In this document: positions 1 through 8,341 of the stretch, one piece after another
Numbering within the stretch: position 1 is the first letter of the stretch
How the letters are laid out: each line of letters opens with the position of its first letter
Source: Candidatus Nitrospira inopinata
GTDB lineage: Bacteria; Nitrospirota; Nitrospiria; Nitrospirales; Nitrospiraceae
Assembly: GCF_001458695.1 (NCBI RefSeq)
Contig: NZ_LN885086.1
Location: 3,210,001-3,242,000 of the forward strand
Reading direction: 5' to 3'
DNA length: 32,000 bases
Notes under the pieces: generated by a model
Told to the model about the DNA's origin: nothing
What the model saw: only the letters and a program-made list of their open reading frames with translations
Databases searched by the model: none
Translations under genes and position numbers: made by a program

Positions 1-1
1 G

Positions 2-136
2 AACTTTAGGACGCTTCAAGGTCACGCCGGAGGCGTCCGCTGTGTGACCTTCTCGCCGGACGGCCGTCGTCTTGCCAGCGCCTCCTGGGACCGGACCGTC
101 AAACTCTGGGAAGGGGGCGCCAAACAAGACGAGTAA
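2..136 (+). CDS. WD40-repeat protein, C-terminal end only (5' part lies outside the window)
   Basis: Frame 2 reads [44 protein letters not shown] with TAA at 134-136. The GH...SPDG..LAS.S.D.T.KLW pattern is the canonical WD40 blade signature. It is absent from the ORF track because no start codon lies in the window. Confidence 0.7.
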   Translation, partial: NFRTLQGHAGGVRCVTFSPDGRRLASASWDRTVKLWEGGAKQDE

Positions 137-257
137 CGATGCTCCTCACGGCAACAGGTTCCCAAAATTAGAATCGAATAGAATCGGAATATCCGCAACT
201 TTCTTGACGACGGCATACCGCCACTTTCCATAGGTTCCGTCCACATTCACCGCCGCC
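81..257. repeat. Direct repeat copy A (~177 bp): WD40 gene tail + spacer + duplicated 3' end of res
   Basis: Aligns base by base with 974-1164. The first ~150 bp show 3 substitutions plus one 14-bp indel. The last ~27 bp show about 6 mismatches. Confidence 0.9.
146..257 (-). pseudogene. Orphan 3' fragment of the Type III res gene (last 36 codons + stop)
   Basis: The reverse strand translates to AAVNVDGTYGKWRYAVVKKVADIPILFDSNFGNLLP*. This is identical to the C-terminus of the 1053-4172 Res protein except A->V. Nothing upstream in frame resembles Res. Confidence 0.8.
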
Positions 258-391
258 CCCCACCAACCCATCAAGGCATGGCAACTGCGAAGGCAGCACC
301 GGCGATGAATCGGGTCTGGGTAACGGACCGGATAACCCTGATCGACACTCTGAGCAACGGCATAGAGCGTGCGTTGTGGGCTGCCACACGC

Positions 392-670
392 TCACCTGAA
401 CAGGTCATAATCGTAAATTGAGTGATGATGACCGATATACCGGAATTCGACGTGATTGGGACCAAGGAACTTGAAGACGATGCGATAGGCTCGATCGACT
501 CGAAAGCTCCAGACTTCATGATGTTTGGGATGCAATTTCTCGCTGTGGAGGGAGGGATGAAACGGATTCTCTCGGAAAAGATCGGTCTTCGCGGCGGCTT
601 TTCGTTGAATCGGCTTGGAGAGTTTCCTAAATAGTCTATCGAACGTCGCCGTCGTCGAGAGTTCGAGCAT
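392..670 (-). CDS. RelE/ParE-superfamily type II toxin (92 aa)
   Basis: ATG at 670. Small basic protein with the pattern F.R.F.KL...IQ......LF.ENP.HPSL...KL......WSFRVD.AYRIVF........V.F..IGHH..IY, typical of RelE/ParE/YafQ-like toxins. It starts 7 nt after the stop of an upstream small ORF. Confidence 0.8.
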   Translation of the reverse strand: MLELSTTATFDRLFRKLSKPIQRKAAAKTDLFRENPFHPSLHSEKLHPKHHEVWSFRVDRAYRIVFKFLGPNHVEFRYIGHHHSIYDYDLFR

Positions 671-676
671 GACCGG

Positions 677-874
677 CTAGTCGATCAGCTCGCGTAACGA
701 CTTTCGTTTCGTGACCCGTCCTGCCCGGTGATCCTTCTCGGAGGCATCCAACGCGTCCAGAAATTCGCGACGATAGAGACCAATCGCATCGCAGAACGAT
801 TCGAAGTTTTCCTTTGAGATCTCGAACTGAAAACTGTCGCGTGTCCGTTTCACGACCTTTGCCGCTAGCGCCAT
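677..874 (-). CDS. Putative cognate antitoxin (65 aa), family not recognised
   Basis: ATG at 874 is preceded by AAGGAG. Small acidic ORF immediately upstream of the toxin on the same strand, which is the classic antitoxin-toxin order. Confidence 0.55.
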   Translation of the reverse strand: MALAAKVVKRTRDSFQFEISKENFESFCDAIGLYRREFLDALDASEKDHRAGRVTKRKSLRELID

Positions 875-895
875 AACGCTCCTTTTTTACGAAGG

Positions 896-924
896 ATTTT
901 ACAGCCTCTCGCTCTGCGAGACAA
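896..924 (-). promoter_or_regulatory. Candidate sigma-70 promoter with overlapping palindromic operator for the RelE-type TA pair
   Basis: On the minus strand: TTGTCT (924-919), 17 nt spacer, TAAAAT (901-896). The palindrome tctcgc-tct-gcgaga (907-921) sits in the spacer. TA promoters are commonly autoregulated through such palindromes. Confidence 0.35.
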
Positions 925-973
925 TCTCAAACTGCGGGGAACGACCGGAGCGAGACTCCAGCGGCTCCCACGC

Positions 974-1164
974 CCTCCTGGGACCGGACCGTCAAACTCT
1001 GGGAAGGGGGCTCTGGGAAGGGGGCGCCAAACAAGACAAGTAACGATGCTCCTCACGGCAACAGGTTGCCAAAATTAGAATCGAATAGAATCGGAATGTC
1101 CGCAACTTTCTTGACGACGGCATACCGCCACTTTCCATATGTGCCATCGGCATTGACCGCCGCC
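974..1164. repeat. Direct repeat copy B (~191 bp): orphan WD40 tail remnant + spacer + authentic 3' end of res
   Basis: Homologous to 81-257. It carries a perfect 14-bp tandem duplication, ctctgggaaggggg at 997-1010 and 1011-1024. The duplication frameshifts the WD40-tail remnant (974-1043), which has no upstream coding continuation. Confidence 0.9.
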
Positions 1165-4100
1165 ACCCATCGCTCGGCCGCCGCGCGTTTCACATCTTCC
1201 AGCGGATCATACCCTTTCGTCTCCAAAATCAGATAGGTCGGCGGTTCGGTCTTTAAGCGAACAACAAAGTCCGGCACATAGTCGTGCATTTGGCCATTGT
1301 GCAGATAAGGAATGGCGAAGCCAAGGCCTGCATTTTTGACGAAGGCCTCGACCGCGTCATGTCGATCCAGATAATAGGCAGCGGACTGCTCCCATTGTTT
1401 CGTGTCTGCGACGACATAGTTGAGGTGGGACTTGCTGACCTCCCGCACCTCGCGGCTGGTCCAAAAATCTACGTCCGCCGTTGAACCTGGTCCGCGGGTC
1501 GCTTCATAACGAGGCACTTCCGGCGCTTCTCCTTGTGACGTGTCAGGCCGAATCGCCTCCAGCAATCGCTCGACCACCCAGCCATAGTAGGGTGCAAGAA
1601 AGAGATCCTTCTTGTCAGCGGGCGGACGGGCCTCTACTTTCTTGTCGAGGTACGATTCAATAATGCCGGCGAGCTGCGGAAACAGTCTGTGAGTTGGAAT
1701 CGTGCATCGCTTCTGGGCAACATACTCCCGCGCAAGCGTTCTCCCAAGATCGAACACCAATTCCTGCATCCGCCGCTTCTCGCGAAACTCCTTGAGCGTG
1801 ACCTCGTCGATACGGCCGGGACCGGAAAGTGACAGCCGCCCCTTGTTGTTCACGTGCAGCCCCTTCACCTCGACCTCTGGCGGGATGCGGCCCGGTTCCA
1901 ACACCAGCGGAGGCACGGTCGCCCAATCGACCGTCACCTTGTTACGAATCGCCTGGGTGTAGCCCTCGACGCGAGGAAACTTAATCTCAAATTGTGCCTT
2001 GGCTGGGATCGCATGGACATGGTATCGCTTGACGCGAGGTTGCGGCTGTCCCTGGGGATTCGCTTTGAACGGGATCACTTCAAAAGGCACGCCGAACACC
2101 TTCGCCACTTCCTCGGTGAGCTTGCCATCAGGACCGACGTCGTAACTGGCCCGCCGCAAGCCTCGGCCCACCACCTGCTCGCAGAGCAACTGCGACATGA
2201 AGGGCCGAAGCCCGATGATGTGCGTCACGGTATTGCAATCCCATCCCTCCGTAAGCATCCCCACGCTGACGACGCAGCGCACATCCCGGCCTGGCGGATG
2301 ATCAGGGCGCCCCAGTTTATCGGCCAGTTCTTTGAACCCTTCTGGATAGATGGGCCGGCCCATCCGATCCGTCGGCCAAGCGGTCTTCCCCACGGTATCC
2401 AGCGTGAAGCGCATCCAGCGGACTTCGTCACTCTTGGCCTCCCCGGAATCCGACTCATGCACCACCTTGGAATCGACTCGGATCGTGTGCTGACGATCGG
2501 TGTTTCTGAACCCCTCAATCTTCGCCGGCGGAATGCCGGTCGGCGCCTTGGCTTCCGCCAGCCACTCGTACAGCACCTTGGCGATCTGCGTGTTCTTGCA
2601 CACCAGGATGAAGACCGGCGGCCGAGGATCGTCGCGATCCCTCATCCAGTCCTCACGTTCTCTTTCCCATAGTGCACCCAACATCGCGATGGGATGGTGG
2701 GCGTACTTCAAGATCGCCTCGGGTTTGGGATTGGCTTTCTTTCCTCCCCGTTCAGCCGGCGTGAGGTGGGGCAGAATCCAGTGCCAGATGTTGAAGTAGC
2801 CGGGAATCTCCTTACCGGTGGTGTCTCGGACTGCGAGCTGGGGAATCTTCACCAAGCCGGATTCGATCGCGTCGATCAAGCCGAAGTCGCTCACCACCCA
2901 GGGAAACGGCCGGTTCGTATCCTGGCCGACCCGCCCGAGAAAATAGGGTGTGGCGGAGAGATCAAGGCAGACGTTGATGCCGCGCAGTTTGTGAATCCGA
3001 TCCAGGCCGTCGATCCAGACCGTGGCTTCCTTGAAAAAGTCTTCGGCCTCCTCGTCCTCGCCGAAGAGATCGTCCTCTTCCTCGCTCGTTTCCGCCCGGA
3101 CAATGCGATAGGCATGGTGGGCTTCGTCGTTCATCACCAGAATGTTCTGCTTGCCGCCCACCTCGCGGCCCAGAATCCGGTTCACCAGCGCCGTGTCGCT
3201 CTCGACATAGCGGCGTGATTCCACCGTGACCTTCTTCAGCGTGCCATCTTTGTCTCGCTGCTCCTCAAGCACCGTCAGCAGTCCCGCCGCCACCTGACGC
3301 TCGAAATCATCCAGGGTCAGATAGCGTGTGCCGCGTGCCGTCGTCGTCTTCGAGCTGATCGTAATGGTTTCCTTCGTGCGCACTTCGACTCCGGCTTTAT
3401 TCACCCGTGCGCCCACTCCCCCGGTCTGAATCGATTGGGGCTCGAAGACATGCCAATTGGTGACGAGGACCCGCCCTTGCGTAAGCAACGGCATCAGATG
3501 AGACGGCACGAGATCGCGTGTCCGGTAGAGACTGGCTTCACCCGCTTCCGGGTCCAGTTCCCGGAGACGGTTCTTGATCGTCACGTTCGGGCAGACGATC
3601 AGCACCACATCGGAGAAACGGGCGTCGCTTCGGTCGTTGACCTTGTTGAGAATGCTCCAGGCGGCCAACATCCCCATCACCGTGGTTTTGCCGGTGCCCG
3701 TCGCCATCTTGCAGGCATAGCGTCGAAAGCCGGTGAAGCCGTGCTTGCGCTTCTCCTCGCTCACCTCTTCCTGCGGGATCTCGAACCCTTGCCGGTAGTC
3801 GGCCCTCGCCTCCGTGAGGAAAATAATCGTCTCCGCCGCGTCGAGCTGCGCGAAGAACAGCCGCTGGGCCCGCCCCTCGCGCCGCCACCAGTGCAGCAAC
3901 TCCAGCGTCGTTCTGGTCACGCCGGGATAGCCCTCCTGTCGCCACTTCTTGACCTGCGCACGGATGCGATTGACGAGCGTCAACTCAATGGCGGTGCCGA
4001 CCACGCGCCCGGCTTCCGTCTCCGGCTTGGCCTTGGGATCGCGATAGAAATACATCGCCGGCCGGCGGCCAGGTCGCCGTGTCGGCTCTTCGCCCTCCAC

Positions 4101-4172
4101 GATGTGCCAATATTCTGAAGGTTCGTCGAACGGGGAATTGAGAATGGGCTCTGGAACTTCGTAGCCGCTCAT
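1053..4172 (-). CDS. res: Type III restriction endonuclease, Res subunit (SF2 helicase + C-terminal PD-(D/E)xK nuclease)
   Basis: The likely start is ATG 4172 (MSGYEVPEPILNSPFDEP...), 10 nt after the upstream PIN gene stop. The ORF-track start at 4247 would overlap that gene. Motifs present: Walker A ATGTGKT, motif II MNDEAHH, and VPDFVV...LILETKG (PD...ExK) near the C-terminus. Confidence 0.93.
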   Translation of the reverse strand: MSGYEVPEPILNSPFDEPSEYWHIVEGEEPTRRPGRRPAMYFYRDPKAKPETEAGRVVGTAIELTLVNRIRAQVKKWRQEGYPGVTRTTLELLHWWRREGRAQRLFFAQLDAAETIIFLTEARADYRQGFEIPQEEVSEEKRKHGFTGFRRYACKMATGTGKTTVMGMLAAWSILNKVNDRSDARFSDVVLIVCPNVTIKNRLRELDPEAGEASLYRTRDLVPSHLMPLLTQGRVLVTNWHVFEPQSIQTGGVGARVNKAGVEVRTKETITISSKTTTARGTRYLTLDDFERQVAAGLLTVLEEQRDKDGTLKKVTVESRRYVESDTALVNRILGREVGGKQNILVMNDEAHHAYRIVRAETSEEEDDLFGEDEEAEDFFKEATVWIDGLDRIHKLRGINVCLDLSATPYFLGRVGQDTNRPFPWVVSDFGLIDAIESGLVKIPQLAVRDTTGKEIPGYFNIWHWILPHLTPAERGGKKANPKPEAILKYAHHPIAMLGALWEREREDWMRDRDDPRPPVFILVCKNTQIAKVLYEWLAEAKAPTGIPPAKIEGFRNTDRQHTIRVDSKVVHESDSGEAKSDEVRWMRFTLDTVGKTAWPTDRMGRPIYPEGFKELADKLGRPDHPPGRDVRCVVSVGMLTEGWDCNTVTHIIGLRPFMSQLLCEQVVGRGLRRASYDVGPDGKLTEEVAKVFGVPFEVIPFKANPQGQPQPRVKRYHVHAIPAKAQFEIKFPRVEGYTQAIRNKVTVDWATVPPLVLEPGRIPPEVEVKGLHVNNKGRLSLSGPGRIDEVTLKEFREKRRMQELVFDLGRTLAREYVAQKRCTIPTHRLFPQLAGIIESYLDKKVEARPPADKKDLFLAPYYGWVVERLLEAIRPDTSQGEAPEVPRYEATRGPGSTADVDFWTSREVREVSKSHLNYVVADTKQWEQSAAYYLDRHDAVEAFVKNAGLGFAIPYLHNGQMHDYVPDFVVRLKTEPPTYLILETKGYDPLEDVKRAAAERWVAAVNADGTYGKWRYAVVKKVADIPILFDSNFGNLLP

Positions 4173-4182
4173 TGAGTGTCGG

Positions 4183-4584
4183 TCAAGTTTGCAAGACAGC
4201 CTGAGGGGTTTTCCGTCCCCGTGCCGTCCGGTCGAAGTCGGCATCAAAGCGCACGATGACGAGGTTATATTTGTCGGCAGTCACATATTGATAGGCGTCG
4301 TCGAAATCGAGTCCGAACTGTTTCGAGCGCCGAGCAACATCCGCCAGATCGGCTGGGGCCAGTCGTAACAACGTCAGGCCACCGGTAAAAAGCAAGTCCT
4401 CGACGGCTCGTAGGAAGACATCGTGCAGGTTTCGTCGGATCGGCAGGATACCCAGCGAATAGAGCGAAAACTCCGTGAGAAAGAGCTGCTCAGAAGGAGC
4501 ACGTTCAAGAAATCGTTTCACTTCTTCCGATTTGGCTTGTCGGAGCAAGACTTCCAGGACGAGGTTAGTGTCCACGAGATACAT
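4183..4584 (-). CDS. vapC: PIN-domain toxin (VapC-like)
   Basis: Start ATG 4584 (MYLVDTNLVLEVL...). The conserved acidic PIN residues are present (D in LVDTN, E in TEFSL, D in DDAYQ, D in FDADFD). It overlaps the upstream antitoxin ORF by 20 nt. The N-terminal extension in the ORF track is judged non-coding. Confidence 0.85.
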   Translation of the reverse strand: MYLVDTNLVLEVLLRQAKSEEVKRFLERAPSEQLFLTEFSLYSLGILPIRRNLHDVFLRAVEDLLFTGGLTLLRLAPADLADVARRSKQFGLDFDDAYQYVTADKYNLVIVRFDADFDRTARGRKTPQAVLQT

Positions 4585-4789
4585 CGTCACCCCACCATTC
4601 GAGGATCTTATGCTGCAGTTCAACGGAAGAGTGCTGATCCCGCAAGTCAGCAAGCGCCCCCTCCCAAGCAAACTTCATTTTGCCTCTGGGATGGGGAACA
4701 CGCCGATCAATCAAGAACTTGACAAAATCCTCCACTTCACGCCGGAGATCAGGGGGCAAGTCTTTGATCCGGTCCTCGAGAGATGGCAT
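4565..4789 (-). CDS. DUF2281-type antitoxin partner of the PIN toxin
   Basis: MPSLEDRIKDLPPDLRREVEDFVKFLIDRR... followed by ...SVELQHKILEWW matches the DUF2281 pattern I know from PIN-associated antitoxins. A strong RBS (GAGGAGGA) lies 8 nt upstream of ATG 4789. Confidence 0.8.
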   Translation of the reverse strand: MPSLEDRIKDLPPDLRREVEDFVKFLIDRRVPHPRGKMKFAWEGALADLRDQHSSVELQHKILEWWGDDVSRGH

Positions 4790-4830
4790 AGCGTAGATCC
4801 TCCTCTTTGGTATCGATCAAATCCATCTTA

Positions 4831-7503
4831 TTACGTCAGCTTCTTCACCACCAGCAATTCGTTGCCCCGGTCGTCGATGACCTTGACGGCGATCTGCCGA
4901 TGCTCGCCCGCCGCGAACGGCGCGCTGGTCGTGCCGGACAAGTGATCCCAGACGCTTTCTTCATATTCGCCCTTGAGCGCCTTCTTCAGATTGTCCCAGG
5001 CGCTCGTGCGGGGGAAGAACGCCTGACAGACGTGGAAACAGAGGTCGTTGTAATCAGTATCGAGAAACCAGGCCGGCACATCGTGACCCCATCGGTGATC
5101 GACCTCCATCGTGACGGGATCGAACACGTCCAGCCCGAGCAGCTCGACCTGATACAACACCTCCCCATTTTTACCTTTTTCCTTTTGCCTTTTGACTTGG
5201 ACTTCCGGCTGCCCGCACACGCTGAAGATCTGGCTGGATCGCATGTTCTTGAGCAAATCACCCATCATCAAGTCCGGCGTGGCCTGGACATAGGTGGCTG
5301 GAATGCCAAACACCTCCTCGCAATGCTCGACCGTCTCCCGCGCTTTAGCCTCGATTGCGAACCCGATGACGTACAGATGCGTGTAGCTCTTGCCGTAGGC
5401 TTCCCGTGCGGCGGATTCCACCAGCTTCGTGCTGACCGCCCCGTTCTCCGGACCGAACACAAATGCGACTGGCCTCTCCTGTCCATTGGCAACAAGGGCT
5501 TCTGCCGAGAGTGAGAGGGTCTTGGCTGGAGGCCGGATGTTTTTGAACGTGACCGTCTTGTTGCCTTCCAATCGAAGGACCGGACTCTTGCGAAGGACTT
5601 CGAGCATCCGATCGACGAATGAGCCGTAGGATTCTGCCGAACCCGCACCGGAATACTCGGCACCATCCCCTTCCCAATCCACCGGCGTAGGAATCGTCGC
5701 CTCGACGCAGAAGGGACCGGTCACGCGGGTGATGCCGTTTTCAACCTCCGGCCGGTCCACCAGCACTTCTTCCTTGGGCGGCTCGTTGTTGGCGATGGAC
5801 TTGAGCGTGATATGCGGAACGATCCCGCCGACCTCCTCGCCCTTCTTGTTCTGCTTGCGTTGATAGACGAAGCCACCGGCCGGACCGCGAGATGGGTCTT
5901 TCAACTCATACCAGGGGAACGTCGCGGTGAGGAGCCGCTGCCGAGCCAAGGCCAGCGGCACCCGGCTCGTGTCGATCGTGATCCAGCGGCGTCCCCATTG
6001 CTCGGCGACATAGGCCGTCGTGCCGCTCCCGCACGTCGGATCGAGCACCAGATCGCCGGGATCGGTGGTCATGAGGAGACAGCGCTCGATAACCTTGGTC
6101 GGGGTTTGCACTGAATATATTTTTGAATCGCTTCTACTCTGTATCCCCGAGAGGTCATCCCACACGTTCGTAATTCGATATAAAGGGAAATCATCGAAGT
6201 AGCGAACATACGCTAGACGGTTGCCCTCTTTTCGAATTCGCTTCATCTCTATGAGTCGCTTAAACCCCTCCTCACTTGGCTTCCAGTAACCTGGCTCAGG
6301 ACGATAGTTCTTTCCCTCATAAACCACTGAATATCGCCCTCCCGGCCGCTGGGAAGTAACCGTATCCAACCGGAAAACTCTCGCGTTAGCCGGAATAGGT
6401 TCACCTTTGGTTTCATACTCCGTGATAGGAACTACGTGCCCACCTTCAAGTTCCACAGAACGGTATTTTGTGCCTCCAGCACCGCCAAGTTCTTTAGGAG
6501 TAAAGAGTGGCCTGAACTTCAATGATTCACTCTCTCTCGCATACCACAACAGATAATCACAAATACCGGCCACTCGATTAGTTTTCTCACTTGTTGTCGT
6601 AGTGAAAGCAACTTGGCTCAGGAAGTTTTCCGCTCCAAACACCTCATCCATCACTTCCCGCACATGGTGCAGGTTCTCATCGCTGATCTGGACGAAGATG
6701 CTCCCGCTGGGGGTGAGCAGCTCGCGGGCGAGCAAAAGCCGGTCGCGTAGATAGGTCAGATACGAATGCAGACCCAGTTCCCAGGTATCGCGATAAGCCT
6801 GGACCATCTCGGGCTCGCGGGTCATGTCCTCGTCGTCGTTGTGGGAGACATCGCGCTTCCTCACGAAGGGCTGGAAGTTGCTGCCGAACTTCACGCCGTA
6901 GGGCGGGTCCATGTAGATCATCTGCACCTGGCCGCCCAAGCCTTCGTAGTGCAAGAGCGAGTTCATCACGACCAGCGAATCGCCCAGAATCATCCGGTTC
7001 GTCCAGTTGTCCTGGTACTCGTAGGCTTTGAGCACCTGATCGGTGATGGAATGTTGCGGGTCGCCGAACAGGTCATACATCGTCTGTTGCTGGTCTCGCT
7101 TGTGCTCATCCAACGTTTCGATAATGGCTTTGGTGGAGAGCCGCTCATGGATAAAGAGCGGCAAGGTCGGCACATCGAACGACAGCCGCTCGGCCTTGCC
7201 CGCCCAATTCAAGAACGGCTTGCTGAGGCTTTTGAGTTTGGACGCGGCGGCCTTGGCTTCTTCGAGCGTCTGAGCCTCAAGGATCTGCCGGATGAGGGCT
7301 TCCCCCTGCTCCCGGGCAGGGTTTTTCCCGTCCCAATCGAGCGCCGGCGAGAGTGACGAATCGTACCGGTAGGTCTTGGGCGGTTTCTGTTTCTTAAACT
7401 GCGCTTGCGTGCCGACCTCCGGCCGCATGAGGCTCTTGGCCTCGGGATGTTGATACGGCTCGGGTCGATTGGACTTCGCCGCAAGTTTGGATTTCTTCGC
7501 CAT
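4831..7503 (-). CDS. mod: Type III R-M DNA methyltransferase, Mod subunit (beta-class N6A/N4C MTase)
   Basis: Motif IV is IYMDPPYG (coded about 6895-6909). It precedes motif I, VLDPTCGSGTTAYVA (coded about 6016-6042). The gene is 890 aa and lies upstream of and co-directional with res. Confidence 0.93.
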   Translation of the reverse strand: MAKKSKLAAKSNRPEPYQHPEAKSLMRPEVGTQAQFKKQKPPKTYRYDSSLSPALDWDGKNPAREQGEALIRQILEAQTLEEAKAAASKLKSLSKPFLNWAGKAERLSFDVPTLPLFIHERLSTKAIIETLDEHKRDQQQTMYDLFGDPQHSITDQVLKAYEYQDNWTNRMILGDSLVVMNSLLHYEGLGGQVQMIYMDPPYGVKFGSNFQPFVRKRDVSHNDDEDMTREPEMVQAYRDTWELGLHSYLTYLRDRLLLARELLTPSGSIFVQISDENLHHVREVMDEVFGAENFLSQVAFTTTTSEKTNRVAGICDYLLWYARESESLKFRPLFTPKELGGAGGTKYRSVELEGGHVVPITEYETKGEPIPANARVFRLDTVTSQRPGGRYSVVYEGKNYRPEPGYWKPSEEGFKRLIEMKRIRKEGNRLAYVRYFDDFPLYRITNVWDDLSGIQSRSDSKIYSVQTPTKVIERCLLMTTDPGDLVLDPTCGSGTTAYVAEQWGRRWITIDTSRVPLALARQRLLTATFPWYELKDPSRGPAGGFVYQRKQNKKGEEVGGIVPHITLKSIANNEPPKEEVLVDRPEVENGITRVTGPFCVEATIPTPVDWEGDGAEYSGAGSAESYGSFVDRMLEVLRKSPVLRLEGNKTVTFKNIRPPAKTLSLSAEALVANGQERPVAFVFGPENGAVSTKLVESAAREAYGKSYTHLYVIGFAIEAKARETVEHCEEVFGIPATYVQATPDLMMGDLLKNMRSSQIFSVCGQPEVQVKRQKEKGKNGEVLYQVELLGLDVFDPVTMEVDHRWGHDVPAWFLDTDYNDLCFHVCQAFFPRTSAWDNLKKALKGEYEESVWDHLSGTTSAPFAAGEHRQIAVKVIDDRGNELLVVKKLT

Positions 7504-7651
7504 ACGCTTACCAGGCGGAATATCAAAACCAAATTGCGCCGCAGGATACCCTTTTACTCAGTAGAAATCACTCACGTCGAATCCTTTTAGGGCGGGTGCG
7601 GCTGAAATCGTGTTGCCGCAAGACTTCCCTGTCTCGCTCCACCTGTCAACG

Positions 7652-8071
7652 TCACGGCACATCCTCAACCCACAGCAACCGGACGACTCTGGCGTGATCC
7701 TTCAGTGCATTGAAGAGTTTTCGATCGGCGGTCACCAAGGCGCAGGATTGGCTTGAGGCCAGCGCGACGTACAGCGCATCATAGATGCTCAGATCGTGTC
7801 GCGCGGCAATCTGCCATGCAGCCGCCAACAAACCGACGGCAGCGGCCGTTTTCAGCGGCGCGCGCCGGAATTGAGTCACTGCATCATCGACCGATTCCCG
7901 CGACATTTCTTTTCGGCGCCATCGCTTCAAAAAAGCGTTCGCGACTTCCGCATAGATCAATTCGGGAGCCAACAGATCATAGCGGTCGGTCAGCAATCGG
8001 CGGGCCGCATCGGCATGAATTTCGTCCGCAAACCATTTGACCGCGATACTGGCATCAAGAACGATCTTCAC
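7652..8071 (-). CDS. vapC: PIN-domain toxin (VapC), second copy, unrelated in sequence to 4183-4584
   Basis: The protein begins (V)KIVLDASIAVKWF and contains ...YAEV...DALYVALA...LVTADRKL. The GTG start at 8071 overlaps the upstream stop as GTGA. Confidence 0.85.
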   Translation of the reverse strand: MKIVLDASIAVKWFADEIHADAARRLLTDRYDLLAPELIYAEVANAFLKRWRRKEMSRESVDDAVTQFRRAPLKTAAAVGLLAAAWQIAARHDLSIYDALYVALASSQSCALVTADRKLFNALKDHARVVRLLWVEDVP

Positions 8072-8304
8072 CGGCTGTCTCGATCCTCACGGATCAAGTC
8101 GGAGCTGTCGCTGAAGCGACGACCTTTCAAACGCTTACGGATGCGCGCCGCCTCGTCCCTAAATTCAGCCATGGTCATCTGTTCGGCGGCTTGTTCCAAA
8201 ATGACTTTGACTTCGCCTTGTAACGACCTCCGGTTGTCCTTCGCCTTTTTCTTCAGGCGCCCGATGAGTTTCGGGTCGAGATCCCGCACCAATAATTGAG
8301 CCAT
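8068..8304 (-). CDS. vapB: Ribbon-helix-helix type antitoxin (VapB/FitA-like)
   Basis: Start ATG 8304 (MAQLLVRDLDPKLIGRLKKKAKDNRRSLQGEVKVILEQA) is preceded by GGAGGAAGG. The LxVRxLD...L...A..N.RS...E motif is typical of Arc/MetJ-type antitoxins. The longer ORF-track version (to 8472) lacks coding character. Confidence 0.75.
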   Translation of the reverse strand: MAQLLVRDLDPKLIGRLKKKAKDNRRSLQGEVKVILEQAAEQMTMAEFRDEAARIRKRLKGRRFSDSSDLIREDRDSR

Positions 8305-8323
8305 GCCTTCCTCCGTTTGATCA

Positions 8324-8341
8324 GCAACGATAGCACGTTGC
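8324..8341. promoter_or_regulatory. Palindrome gcaacg-atagca-cgttgc upstream of vapB: candidate operator
   Basis: Perfect 6-bp arms with a 6-bp spacer, 20-37 nt upstream of the vapB start codon. Confidence 0.3.

Noticed and set aside
259-391. Integron attC site, or terminal inverted repeats, downstream of the RelE-type toxin (TA cassettes are common in integrons).
   Set aside because: No GTTRRRY / RYYYAAC core pair and no imperfect palindrome of attC type could be found on either strand. No intI gene is in the window.
4585-4671. N-terminal extensions proposed by the ORF track for several genes: PIN 4183-4671, res to 4247, vapB to 8472, SIMPL to 9345, yajC to 21366, mobA to 25910, secreted protein to 11180.
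   Set aside because: The extensions overlap upstream genes or lack coding character. Internal starts have proper RBSs and give N-termini matching the respective families.
4831-7503. Phase-variable simple sequence repeats in mod, as in some host-adapted pathogens' Type III systems.
   Set aside because: I saw no homopolymer or short tandem repeat tract of meaningful length in the 5' part or elsewhere in the gene.
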